Shown: positions 1-8,430 of the stretch, piece by piece
Layout: each line of letters begins with the position of its first letter
How positions within the stretch are numbered: position 1 is the stretch's first letter
Source: a virus
Lineage: Duplodnaviria > Caudoviricetes
DNA: 64,000 nt
Virus record (IMG/VR): IMGVR_UViG_3300046543_000437
Location: 258 to 64,257 of that record
Strand: one strand, 5' to 3'
Position numbers and translations under genes: made by a program
Notes under the pieces: generated by a model
Told to the model about the DNA's origin: nothing
Seen by the model: the letters and a program-made list of their open reading frames with translations, nothing else
Database searches by the model: none

Positions 1-275
1 TCATGGCTCACCAGACATAACCCGAACTGAACCGCCATCTCATGCCCCTACCGCTTTCGTGCCTAACCGCCCACAAGCATCCCCGCCGTGACCGCCGTAC
101 CGTACCCAATCGCACCGTTCAAAAACCCGACACACCCCACAGACCATAACCGCCGTACCCAGTGCAGTCTTACCGATCCATTTCGCGCATCGACCCACCT
201 GACCCTGACCGCCAAATGGCACCACAACAATTCGTGCGACACCCAATCTTGACCTGACCGCCGCTCCGTGCCGCT
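1..275 (-). ncRNA. Putative guide-RNA array (VIPR-like): ~59-nt units of GGY-like/NN pentamers bounded by GGCGGT; truncated by the window edge
   Basis: + strand ACCGCC at 31, 91, 149, 208 and 257 (spacing 60/58/59/49). Unit 213->149 reads GGCGGT CAG GGT CA GGT GG GTC GA TGC GC GAA AT GGA TC GGT AA GAC TG CAC TG GGT AC GGC GGT. It lies just downstream of a RAMP-like gene. Confidence 0.72.
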
Positions 276-334
276 GCCACCGGGCGCAGCGGGCACCCGG
301 TGGTCAGCCATTAGTCGCACCAAATTGGTGACTT

Positions 335-1252
335 TTAGCCGTGGAAATCCTCCACCCCGTTCTTCCCCACCGGCAACGGCTTTGTCACCTCATGTGGAGC
401 AAGAAGCGTGGTGTCTTCACCGGCACGGAACTGAATCTCGCCGGGGGTATCATCCTCGTCCGTGATGTCTTCCGGCTTCTCTTTGTCCGGATCGATGCCC
501 CGGCTCTTCAACTCTTCCAGATACCAGACCATCAACTCCTCGCTTTCGGCGTTGGCGCACACCGGAACCCGCAGCGCCTCAACCTGGGCCTGGTAGCTTC
601 CCTCGGCCATGATGTCGGCCAACTCCTTGTCGTCTTCCTCGACGAGATGGAAGGCGCCGTATTCACCGCCCTTTTCCACCCGCCAATCACCGAGGCCGCA
701 GATGAACCCGGCGCTTATCAAAAGCTGCGTCACCTTCATGGCGTTGAGCATCGGCTCGGCCCACAACAGCTCGACCCGCATTGCCCAGCGGTCGAGCTTC
801 GCCCGCGTCCTCACATCGGGCGTCCGCGAAATGCCCGCCATGCGAACGATGGACATGTCGAGCTTGGGGATGCCCCAGAGCGGAATCTTCTCGGCCGGCG
901 AGCGGACGAGTTGCTTCATCTCCGTCTTGCTGGCGCTGGTGGGCATCCGCAGAGCCGCCGAGGCGATCGACATTTTGGGCGCGCTGCCCATCATCTCGAA
1001 ATAGGTTTCGCCCTCTCTGGACCGCAGATAGGGTGAATCGCGGTACTCGGCATACGGCGCATGCTTGAGCTTGGTTGCCTTCTGCGTCTTGGTCATCGGG
1101 CCGTGCGGGAGGAGCAACTCGCGCTTGCCCTTGGCCGCCATCCTGTTGCAGAAGAACGGCGTATCGCCGACCAGCCAATAAACGTGAGAGGACTGCTTCA
1201 AGTCCATAACGTCGATTTCGACTTGCGGCGTAGCTTTGATTGTGCGTGCCAT
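335..1252 (-). CDS. Stand-alone Cas7/RAMP-like RNA-binding protein (Vipr-like)
   Basis: RAMP-like beta1 YWLVGDTPFFCNR, helix GSAPKMSIASAA (compare Cas7-family PGSSxKG), C-terminal Gly-rich loop GFICGLGDWRVEKGGEYGAF, acidic tail. Confidence 0.75.
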   Translation of the reverse strand: MARTIKATPQVEIDVMDLKQSSHVYWLVGDTPFFCNRMAAKGKRELLLPHGPMTKTQKATKLKHAPYAEYRDSPYLRSREGETYFEMMGSAPKMSIASAALRMPTSASKTEMKQLVRSPAEKIPLWGIPKLDMSIVRMAGISRTPDVRTRAKLDRWAMRVELLWAEPMLNAMKVTQLLISAGFICGLGDWRVEKGGEYGAFHLVEEDDKELADIMAEGSYQAQVEALRVPVCANAESEELMVWYLEELKSRGIDPDKEKPEDITDEDDTPGEIQFRAGEDTTLLAPHEVTKPLPVGKNGVEDFHG

Positions 1253-1336
1253 AATCGTGGTTCCTTCCTGGGAACTGAGGTTGGTGGAGTACCTTTGAGG
1301 CGGGCCGGTGCAAACGGCCCGTCCTCTCCAGCTTGA

Positions 1337-1588
1337 TCAAGGTGCTTTGCTTGCCTCTAGAGCCTTTGGCAGATCGTCTATCACGCGGACGACCTCTGCC
1401 ATTTCTGGCAGATGCCGAACCTTGTCGGCAAAACACCGGCATCGGGAAACCGCATCATCGAGAGAAGCCAGCGGTTTCCCATCGGGAAAAAGCGTACCCA
1501 ACAATTCGGCTTTGACCTCCTTGCTGAAGTTGCCTGTAATGCGAAACGGCTGATCGCCAAGCACATAGATGTTTTTTCGTGTCGGCAT
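1337..1588 (-). CDS. Hypothetical protein
   Basis: 83-aa ORF with AAGGAGGG RBS, co-oriented in the operon. Confidence 0.65.
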   Translation of the reverse strand: MPTRKNIYVLGDQPFRITGNFSKEVKAELLGTLFPDGKPLASLDDAVSRCRCFADKVRHLPEMAEVVRVIDDLPKALEASKAP

Positions 1589-1602
1589 CAGACCCCTCCT
1601 TC

Positions 1603-2127
1603 TTATGCGCTTCCACCCGGCGGCTGGTCTGGACCCAGCGGGTCGTCCGGGTTGATCCGCTTCTCGACGATCGAGGCGAGGCGAATGATCTCGTCAACGT
1701 GGTCTGCCGTGCCGAGAACCGCGGCGATGTTGCGGGCGCGCTTTGCCGCCTTCTTCACGCGATCCATCTCGTCGAGGATGGTGTCGCGCGACCGCTCCTC
1801 GTTCTTTTGTACCCGCAGGATGTTGGTGTACTGATCCTTGGTCGTCGTATCGCGGACGAAGCGGGTGACATCGAGCGACACCTCGCGGACGATGACTTCC
1901 ATCTTGATCCTCCGGATCAGCAGCGCGGCGGTATTGAGCCAATCGTTTTCTGCCGCCTTCTGGAGATCCCAGCGGAAGAAACCGTGCATGGCCGACAGCG
2001 GGTCGCGCGCCCGCTCGACCACAGCCAGCTTGGCGACATTGCCGTTCTCGTCCTCCAACTCGATGATCTCTCTCGCGACATCTTGCATATTAATCGGCAT
2101 AGCTTCTCTCCTCTTCACCCCCGCCAA
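1603..2127 (-). CDS. Conserved phage protein, candidate accessory factor of the RAMP-like system (start possibly 2100)
   Basis: Motif VVERARDPLSAMHGFFRWDLQKAA...AALLIRRI resembles a phage family I recall next to RAMP-like genes. Confidence 0.65.
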   Translation of the reverse strand: MAGVKRREAMPINMQDVAREIIELEDENGNVAKLAVVERARDPLSAMHGFFRWDLQKAAENDWLNTAALLIRRIKMEVIVREVSLDVTRFVRDTTTKDQYTNILRVQKNEERSRDTILDEMDRVKKAAKRARNIAAVLGTADHVDEIIRLASIVEKRINPDDPLGPDQPPGGSA

Positions 2128-2431
2128 TCGGGAGCGTCATAAAGTCTGCCCGCGACACGCGATTGCGAAAGAACCCGGCGTGATCCGGATGCACGGCGTG
2201 GAATTTCCGCGCGTAGTACGGACTCCAGTTGTTGTTGACCTTGAATTGGGTTTCGTCTTCCAGCGGGGTCGCGGTCTCCCAGCGGACCCGGTGCAGAACA
2301 GCCCTTGCGCTGTAATGAGCAAAGCCGCGCTTGATCATCGAGTAGGTGAACAGCTCGAAAAGCCGCCAGACCTCTGGGTTGTTGGCGTCCACCTCGGCAA
2401 ACCGGGCCGCCATCATGGGGTCATATCGCAT
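2090..2431 (-). CDS. Conserved phage hypothetical protein
   Basis: Motifs NPEVWRLF, RVRWE, FKVNNNWSPYYAR. Confidence 0.75.
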   Translation of the reverse strand: MRYDPMMAARFAEVDANNPEVWRLFELFTYSMIKRGFAHYSARAVLHRVRWETATPLEDETQFKVNNNWSPYYARKFHAVHPDHAGFFRNRVSRADFMTLPIGGGEEERSYAD

Positions 2432-2432
2432 A

Positions 2433-2756
2433 TCAATCTCTCCAGCCGGGGCTGTGATCGATGTCCCATTCGGAAACGTCTTCCCCCGGCGAAAACCCCC
2501 ACTCCATGTTCATCTGCACCGGATCGACCCAGTACTCGCCCAGCGGATCGAGGTGCGAAGCGTGGTGACAGTCGCGGCATAGCGCGTAGAGGTCTTCAGG
2601 CCGTTCCCTGCCCTGGCTGTTGTAGTGCCGGTGATGCAGTTCCAGGCGTCGGCGACGACCGCACCGCTCGCAGCGATTCCCGGCACGACCGAGAACCGCG
2701 ACTCGCGTTTCCGCCGGGATCGGCAGACGCGGGTCATAGGGGCGGCCCGGTGTCAT
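2433..2756 (-). CDS. HNH endonuclease
   Basis: CERC...LELHHRHY...LCRDCH. Confidence 0.85.
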   Translation of the reverse strand: MTPGRPYDPRLPIPAETRVAVLGRAGNRCERCGRRRRLELHHRHYNSQGRERPEDLYALCRDCHHASHLDPLGEYWVDPVQMNMEWGFSPGEDVSEWDIDHSPGWRD

Positions 2757-2759
2757 CGA

Positions 2760-3260
2760 TCAATCCACGCTGTTCTTGATCGAAGTGATCAGGTGCGGCT
2801 CGGCGTACTTTCCTTCCAACGCCGCCGCGACCTTCTGGATGTTTCGCAGCGCCGTTAGAAAGCCCCAACGCAGATCGATCTCAAAGGCGTTCTTGGGAGT
2901 GGTAAATGCGCGTTCACAATCCGGCGGCATCTTGGTAAACATCTCGCTGCAATATTCGACAATCGTGTCGAACATCGAGCACGTTTCTCTAAGCTGCTTG
3001 GATGTAACCGGCAAATTTAGTTGTTTATATTTATTGTAACCCTTTTTCGGATTTTCCCTGCCGACATCCACGATATAACCGGCCCGTACCAAGTTTCTTC
3101 GTTCTCGCTGCACGATCCTAGAAGATGAGTTTACCTCTTCCTCTATTTTTAAATTTGGTAGGTACGGATTCTTGATAAGGGCGCGACGAATCTTGTCGAT
3201 ATGCTCTTCCCATCCCGGCGCCGCTTTAGGTAGAGGCACCAACTCCACTGCGGTGGTCAT
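2760..3260 (-). CDS. Hypothetical protein (AT-richer; possible DNA-binding N-terminus)
   Basis: 166-aa ORF tightly packed in the operon. Confidence 0.7.
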   Translation of the reverse strand: MTTAVELVPLPKAAPGWEEHIDKIRRALIKNPYLPNLKIEEEVNSSSRIVQRERRNLVRAGYIVDVGRENPKKGYNKYKQLNLPVTSKQLRETCSMFDTIVEYCSEMFTKMPPDCERAFTTPKNAFEIDLRWGFLTALRNIQKVAAALEGKYAEPHLITSIKNSVD

Positions 3261-3264
3261 GGCT

Positions 3265-4065
3265 CTACACTCCGATCCCTTGAAACCGGCTCAGTCCCTC
3301 ATTGTCGTTTTCGAGTCTGCGTACTGCGACCAGCATCTTTTTGGCGGCAGACTGTTGTATTGCTCTTTTTGCCGCTCCCAGCGCACCGGCCCGCGCCCGC
3401 GCATTTTTTTCCCGGTCGATTACCGGAGCCCGACTCCGCTTTTTCTTCGGCTGGATTTGGTAGATGTTCGGACGGTGAACCCTGAACTCCAGCGATACGA
3501 CTTCTTCCGGGTGCCCCTTATCGATCAAAATCGGGATGCACGCGGCGCTCCTTGGGATTTTGTACTCCCAGTATTCTGTCTCGAACCAGATCTCCATCTG
3601 GCCGCTGCGGATGACGATGTCTTTTGCCTCCGGGAATGTACGCCATGCAGCAAGAACCAGCGTGCAACGCCTTGGGTCACCCGGCACGCCATTATCGATA
3701 TCGGGCTGCATGACCGTGATATGCCGTACCGTTCTTCTTATTATCTTTTTTGCTTTCACGGGTTTCATGGCTGGCGGGGGTTTGATCTTCTGAGCGTCGA
3801 AATCAAACGGCGCCGGCGGATCGAGAACATCACTCAAAGGATCGTAGGTGGATTTGGCATGAATGAATTCATGGCAACCTTCACAGACGCCCTGCAAATC
3901 GGTTAATGCCTCGTTGCCTTTGCGTTCATACGTCAAGTGATGCACCGCATGCATCTCGTTGGCACCGCAACGCTCGCACGTTCCGTTACACCGGACGCGA
4001 ACCGCTTCGCGTTTAAGCGACCACTCGCGTGAGGCGAGGTATTCATTGTATTCAGCCTTATTCAT
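3265..4065 (-). CDS. HNH endonuclease domain protein with C-terminal extension
   Basis: YLASREW..KR...CERC...VHHLTY...VCEGCH..IH. Confidence 0.8.
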   Translation of the reverse strand: MNKAEYNEYLASREWSLKREAVRVRCNGTCERCGANEMHAVHHLTYERKGNEALTDLQGVCEGCHEFIHAKSTYDPLSDVLDPPAPFDFDAQKIKPPPAMKPVKAKKIIRRTVRHITVMQPDIDNGVPGDPRRCTLVLAAWRTFPEAKDIVIRSGQMEIWFETEYWEYKIPRSAACIPILIDKGHPEEVVSLEFRVHRPNIYQIQPKKKRSRAPVIDREKNARARAGALGAAKRAIQQSAAKKMLVAVRRLENDNEGLSRFQGIGV

Positions 4066-5041
4066 GGTTCGTCTCCCTGCCTATCCCGTCCCGCCAGATT
4101 TCCCCCGTACCCCGCATCGCGTACTCGACCCACACCCCGTCATCGGCGGCATCGATCTGTTCGCCGTTGATCAGCGACGGCAGGAAGAGGTGCGACTTGC
4201 AGCCTTTTTCCTGTTCCTCGCGGCTGAGCGGCTTGTTCCAGCGGTCGCAGCGCCAGCCGCCGTCGACCGGCGTCGAGGCGAGGCAGGTGCGACAGTTACG
4301 CGGCGGCATCTCGCCCTGATGGCAAACTGCGTGATGGTCGCACCAGCGGCATTCGTGCCACGCCGGGTCTTCGCTGATCCGCATCGGCGCGCGGGTCGCG
4401 TAGATGACCCGTTGAGCGCGCTCAGTCAGTTGACCGGCGTAGTGCTTCTCGTAATCGGTTCTGACCGAGACCGTGTGCCGCCCGCCCGGTGTCGCCACCG
4501 TCATGTAGTGCCGGGTCAATTCGGTGTAGTGCATGTAAAGCTGGGCGGTCGACCAGTACATCGGCTTCCAGGCGAACAGCGCGTGTTTCTCGCCGCGATC
4601 CATCTTCAGCGCCTCAAGCTTGCGCTGCGACTTTTCCTCGACCTGCTTGTGTTCCCAGACGTGCGGCGTCTTGGGCGACTGAATCAGTCCGGTGATCACG
4701 CCGTCGATGCGGCCCTGGAAGTGACCGCCGCAGTCGGAAAACGCCCACTGCTTCTGACCGCGATTAGGGTCGCGGTCCCACAGGATGATCCCTTTGACCA
4801 ACCGCAGCCGCGCGGCCTGCACGGTCTCGCCGTGATTACCGTCCGCAAACCGCTTCAGCGCATCGGCGGGAAACGCCACGGCTGACCCGGCCCAGCGGAA
4901 GCTGTAGAACAGCGCCCGGTCGCAGGGGCTGCCGATCGACCCCATGCTCAGCGACAGGCCGCGCCACTTGTCCTGCTTGGCCTCGATCGCGCGGTCGACC
5001 GCGGCGAGTGTCGGGTCTTGCGGGGAGGGGATCGCCGCCAT
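4058..5041 (-). CDS. Cas4-like PD-(D/E)XK phage exonuclease
   Basis: SIGSPCDR, GRIDG, WEHK, QLYM, CRWC...C motifs; next to SSB and Sak4-like genes. Confidence 0.85.
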   Translation of the reverse strand: MAAIPSPQDPTLAAVDRAIEAKQDKWRGLSLSMGSIGSPCDRALFYSFRWAGSAVAFPADALKRFADGNHGETVQAARLRLVKGIILWDRDPNRGQKQWAFSDCGGHFQGRIDGVITGLIQSPKTPHVWEHKQVEEKSQRKLEALKMDRGEKHALFAWKPMYWSTAQLYMHYTELTRHYMTVATPGGRHTVSVRTDYEKHYAGQLTERAQRVIYATRAPMRISEDPAWHECRWCDHHAVCHQGEMPPRNCRTCLASTPVDGGWRCDRWNKPLSREEQEKGCKSHLFLPSLINGEQIDAADDGVWVEYAMRGTGEIWRDGIGRETNHE

Positions 5042-5748
5042 CAGCCGGTCGCCGTCAGCTTGGCGGCGCGTTCATGTTCCCGGCTCGCGCGCTCCAGCGC
5101 CCGTCTGCGGATTTCCTCCTGCACGGCGGGCGGCTGAGCTTCAAACCGGGCGACAAGCTCAGTCGCCCTCGCCAGCGTGTCCTTCTGGCCGACAAACGCC
5201 GCGACCAGAACCGTATTGGCGTTCCACTGCGGATGACCGGCGATGTAGTTTTCCGCCGCCAGCCGCAGCGCCAGTTCCATGACGCGCTCGTCAGCGGTTC
5301 GAGTATCGAACACCCATGCCGGACTGTTGCGCCCACCGTTGAAGCTGTCGACGAGGCCGATAATCGAGAACGCCCGACAATCGTAAAGGCGGCATGCCTG
5401 CGGGCGATGCTGATAGACCGTACACTCGCCGCCGGAGCCAAGATGGACACAGGCGCCGTCATCGCGCTTCGCCAGAACAAAGCCGTTGCCGTCCGCGTGT
5501 GGAACGACATCGAGCTGTGCGAGGTCTTCGGGCCGCTCCTTGTCGGGATAGACATCGACGCGAGCGTGATAGCAGCACTGGTTGCAGCCCTGGCACGGGA
5601 CCGCGGCCTCGCGGTCAAAACTGAGCTTGCCGAGAAACGGCCCTAACCCCCCGCCGTAGCGGGTCTGGTAGGTCTTCCCGTTGGTCGCGTCGGTCGTGGT
5701 TCCGATGACCTTACCGACTGCCCCCCGGCGGCGCTTGGCCTCGCCCAT
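5041..5748 (-). CDS. YkgJ-family (CxxCxxCC) metal-cluster protein
   Basis: CQGCNQCC...GACVHL...CTVYQHRPQACRLYDC. Confidence 0.85.
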   Translation of the reverse strand: MGEAKRRRGAVGKVIGTTTDATNGKTYQTRYGGGLGPFLGKLSFDREAAVPCQGCNQCCYHARVDVYPDKERPEDLAQLDVVPHADGNGFVLAKRDDGACVHLGSGGECTVYQHRPQACRLYDCRAFSIIGLVDSFNGGRNSPAWVFDTRTADERVMELALRLAAENYIAGHPQWNANTVLVAAFVGQKDTLARATELVARFEAQPPAVQEEIRRRALERASREHERAAKLTATG

Positions 5749-5760
5749 CGCAACCCATCC

Positions 5761-6285
5761 TTATGCGGAGGGCCGCGCCCGCCACGGCGGCGCTGACGGG
5801 CGTCCCTGCGACTGCGGCTGCGGCTGCTGGGACTGCGGCTGGAACTGTTGCTGCTGCGACCCGAACCCCGCGACGGGCGCGGCGCCGTCCACGGGATAGT
5901 AGTTATGGACCCGGTTCTGATCGGCGTAGTTGCCCTTGCCTTTCTCGACCCGGAGTTCGATCACCATGCGGCGGGCATGAAGCAATTCGCTGTCATCGAC
6001 CGATAGCTGCCCCGTCGCGTGACAGATCGCGCTCAGCGTGCGCTGGGCGATATCGACGGTCTGTTGGCTTTGATTGAACAGGTTCAGCCGGTCGAACACC
6101 TTCTTGCCGGTTTGCGGCCCTTCAAGGATCTCCATCTGAAGTTCGAGGTAGCGCCCGCTGCGATCCTTGGTGTCCTTCATGTCGCTGGAGATGATGTGGG
6201 CGACGTATTTCCCCTCCGGGAGAAGTGGGTAACCGCGATTGGGATCGACCTGCGTAGCGTCGAACTGGTATCCGAGTTGGGCCAT
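5761..6285 (-). CDS. DUF669-type phage ssDNA-binding protein
   Basis: LPEGKY, YLELQMEI, DRLNL, LSAICHATG and a Q/P-rich tail ending PPW. Confidence 0.85.
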   Translation of the reverse strand: MAQLGYQFDATQVDPNRGYPLLPEGKYVAHIISSDMKDTKDRSGRYLELQMEILEGPQTGKKVFDRLNLFNQSQQTVDIAQRTLSAICHATGQLSVDDSELLHARRMVIELRVEKGKGNYADQNRVHNYYPVDGAAPVAGFGSQQQQFQPQSQQPQPQSQGRPSAPPWRARPSA

Positions 6286-6322
6286 GATTCAAGGCTCCTG
6301 GCGCTGGGGGAAAAGTGAGAGT

Positions 6323-7153
6323 TCAAGCGGCTGCTTCAGCGGTGGCGGGTGGCGCTTTTTTCGATTGCTGGATCTGCGGCTGGGGTTTCGGCTGATAGGC
6401 GGCGGTCAGTGCGGTTTCCAAGACCTGCCAGCCGTTCTCCTTGGGGAAGGCGATGGTGGGCGGCAGCCCATAGCGGTTCTTGGCGACAAACCCGGCCCGC
6501 TCTTCAAGGTGAAGCAGACGCTCGCCGCTGCTGGTGGCGCGTGTCGCTTTGCGGTTAAACCCGGCATCTGTGGTCTTGGTGGCGACAGAGTGCGTGGCAA
6601 AGCCGATGATGTCGCACCACTCGGTCAGCAACGCTGCCGCAGAATCGTGCAGATCGAGGAGGTAGCGGTCATAGGCGTCCGCAGTCGGATCCTCGAATTT
6701 CTTGATTTTGACGTGGGCAAGGATGATGACGATCATCCCCTTGTCGTTTCGCAATACGTCAAATCCGGCGAGCATGTCGCGCCAGATTTCCATCGCCGCC
6801 TTGTAGCCTTTGCCGTAGGGAATGAGGTCGATGGTCGCGACCTTATGGTCGTCGGCGACCTTTTTATGGATCAGCGTTTCGGTCCAATCGGCGGTGTCGA
6901 GGACAACCGATTTGAACTGATGCTCTTCATACGCCAACTCCCACAGAGCCTGTCTGACATCCGCATAGGATGTCGCCAGGTCGAAGCTGGCGTTGACATC
7001 GAGCGCGTCGAGGCCGTCCTCGGTCTGGATGAAGACCGGGTTGGGCGCGGAATTGCCCCAGGTCGATTTGCCGACGCCTTCAGTACCCATGAGGACGACG
7101 CGCGGCGGTCGCGCCAGCGGTCCACGCCGCAGCGACGAGAGTGAGATTGCCAT
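6323..7153 (-). CDS. Sak4-like AAA ATPase (recombinase)
   Basis: Walker A GTEGVGKS, TEDG, Walker B VVLDT, YGKGY, AKNRY; likely start MAISL. Confidence 0.9.
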   Translation of the reverse strand: MAISLSSLRRGPLARPPRVVLMGTEGVGKSTWGNSAPNPVFIQTEDGLDALDVNASFDLATSYADVRQALWELAYEEHQFKSVVLDTADWTETLIHKKVADDHKVATIDLIPYGKGYKAAMEIWRDMLAGFDVLRNDKGMIVIILAHVKIKKFEDPTADAYDRYLLDLHDSAAALLTEWCDIIGFATHSVATKTTDAGFNRKATRATSSGERLLHLEERAGFVAKNRYGLPPTIAFPKENGWQVLETALTAAYQPKPQPQIQQSKKAPPATAEAAA

Positions 7154-7629
7154 CAGGCTGCTTCCTCTTTCTTTGATTCGAGCCGGTAGCTGTGACTGCC
7201 GGTGGACACGGTGCGGGCCGGTTCCAGCGCCGCCTTGATCTTTGCGGGCGCATCGGCGAACAGGCGTTCCTCTACCGTCAGCGTCCACTTGGCGTAGCGG
7301 TCGGCGATCTCCGGATCCAACTTGCGAAAGGCGTCAGTCAGCTTGTCGCGGTCCCACGCCACCTTCTTCGCCGTGTCGGCGACGACCACGATGTCGCCGT
7401 CATTGAAGCGGACGACGCCGCTCGGCTTAACGAGTTGGGCGCGGGTGTAACGCTCGCGCTCCGCGTAGCGCCGGGTCAAGATGTTGACGAGCGCCTTGCT
7501 GTGGGCCTTGGCGAGTTCCATCTCGCGCTCGACCACTTTCTGAAGGTCGATCAGAACGGCGGCGGGAAGTTCAGCCGCCTCGTCAGCCGACATGCTTTCG
7601 AGAACCTGGACGCTGATGTTGCTGATCAC
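7153..7629 (-). CDS. Conserved phage recombination-module protein
   Basis: 158-aa ORF coupled to the Sak4-like gene, with RBS. Confidence 0.7.
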   Translation of the reverse strand: MISNISVQVLESMSADEAAELPAAVLIDLQKVVEREMELAKAHSKALVNILTRRYAERERYTRAQLVKPSGVVRFNDGDIVVVADTAKKVAWDRDKLTDAFRKLDPEIADRYAKWTLTVEERLFADAPAKIKAALEPARTVSTGSHSYRLESKKEEAA

Positions 7630-8057
7630 GGCGGGTTCACTCCGACAGGGGCGACAGTGACGATCAGGCTGGGAATCTCCCCGTAGACCTTGCTGGCGAA
7701 GACCTCGCAGATCAGCGCGTCATCGCGGTAGACCACGGTGTTGAAGGCGTCGGTCGCCAGCTTTGTGAGATTGTCGAGGTCGGGCTTCTTACCCGGCCAG
7801 ACCTCGCCTCTAAGCGCCGCCGCCTGTTTCTTCTTCGACCAACTGGCGGGGATGGGCATCTCGGCCCGGAGGTAGAAGCTGAGCGGCTCGTCGAACATCG
7901 TCTTGCCGTGCATCACGTCGCTGGCAGCGTTCCGCAGCGCGGCCGCGGCGTTGCGCTGCCGGGACGGCACGAAGTGGTTGCCGTTGCCTGTCCGCATGCG
8001 GGCAAACGGCACGGGCTCACCCAACAGAGTAACGGTGATCGGGTCACGCGCAGTCAT
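7626..8057 (-). CDS. rusA: RusA-family Holliday junction resolvase
   Basis: KPDLDN...DAFN..VYRDDALI...KVYG. Confidence 0.9.
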   Translation of the reverse strand: MTARDPITVTLLGEPVPFARMRTGNGNHFVPSRQRNAAAALRNAASDVMHGKTMFDEPLSFYLRAEMPIPASWSKKKQAAALRGEVWPGKKPDLDNLTKLATDAFNTVVYRDDALICEVFASKVYGEIPSLIVTVAPVGVNPP

Positions 8058-8428
8058 GGCGCACCGACTACCTGGCGCGGCACCGCGCGATAGATAAGGC
8101 TGCGCCATATCTGCATCGGGCGGCGGTGATTGCAGACCTGCGCGGACTGCCGGACGCGGTCGGTCTTGGCGCAGACCCCGGCACGGGCGGCGTTCTTCAT
8201 CAGCGGCCCCATCGCGCGCGGCTCCGGGGTCGATGGCCCGCCGCGCATGACGCGCAGCCGCTCGATCTCGTCAGTGGTGAATTCGGCGTGGCTGCGGGCG
8301 ACCTCGACAATCAGCGCGCTGACAAAGGCATGCCACTCCGGGTCCGCTCCCTCTTCGACACAATCCATCGCCTCGTCGCGGGCGTCGTCCGCAGCGTCGG
8401 GATCAAAGAGGTCGCGCAGCGGCTTCAT
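8054..8428 (-). CDS. Hypothetical phage protein (winged-HTH-like)
   Basis: FTTDEI..., RAMGPLM..A, IWRS motif; overlapping stop/start codons. Confidence 0.7.
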   Translation of the reverse strand: MKPLRDLFDPDAADDARDEAMDCVEEGADPEWHAFVSALIVEVARSHAEFTTDEIERLRVMRGGPSTPEPRAMGPLMKNAARAGVCAKTDRVRQSAQVCNHRRPMQIWRSLIYRAVPRQVVGAP

Positions 8429-8430
8429 GG

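Noticed and set aside
40-323. Minus-strand ORFs 40-246 and 63-323
   Set aside because: Their G/V/C/R/W-biased translations are what the GGY-NN array would produce by chance; no recognisable RBS or motif.
1-330. Canonical CRISPR array next to a Cas7-like gene
   Set aside because: There are no identical 20-40-bp direct repeats. Conservation is limited to a 6-8-nt boundary and periodic triplets, and no cas1/cas2/cas6 is present.
4058-5041. Cas4-like nuclease as the adaptation module of the RAMP-array system
   Set aside because: It sits in the ordinary Sak4-SSB-exonuclease recombination module found in many phages; nothing in the sequence links it to the array.
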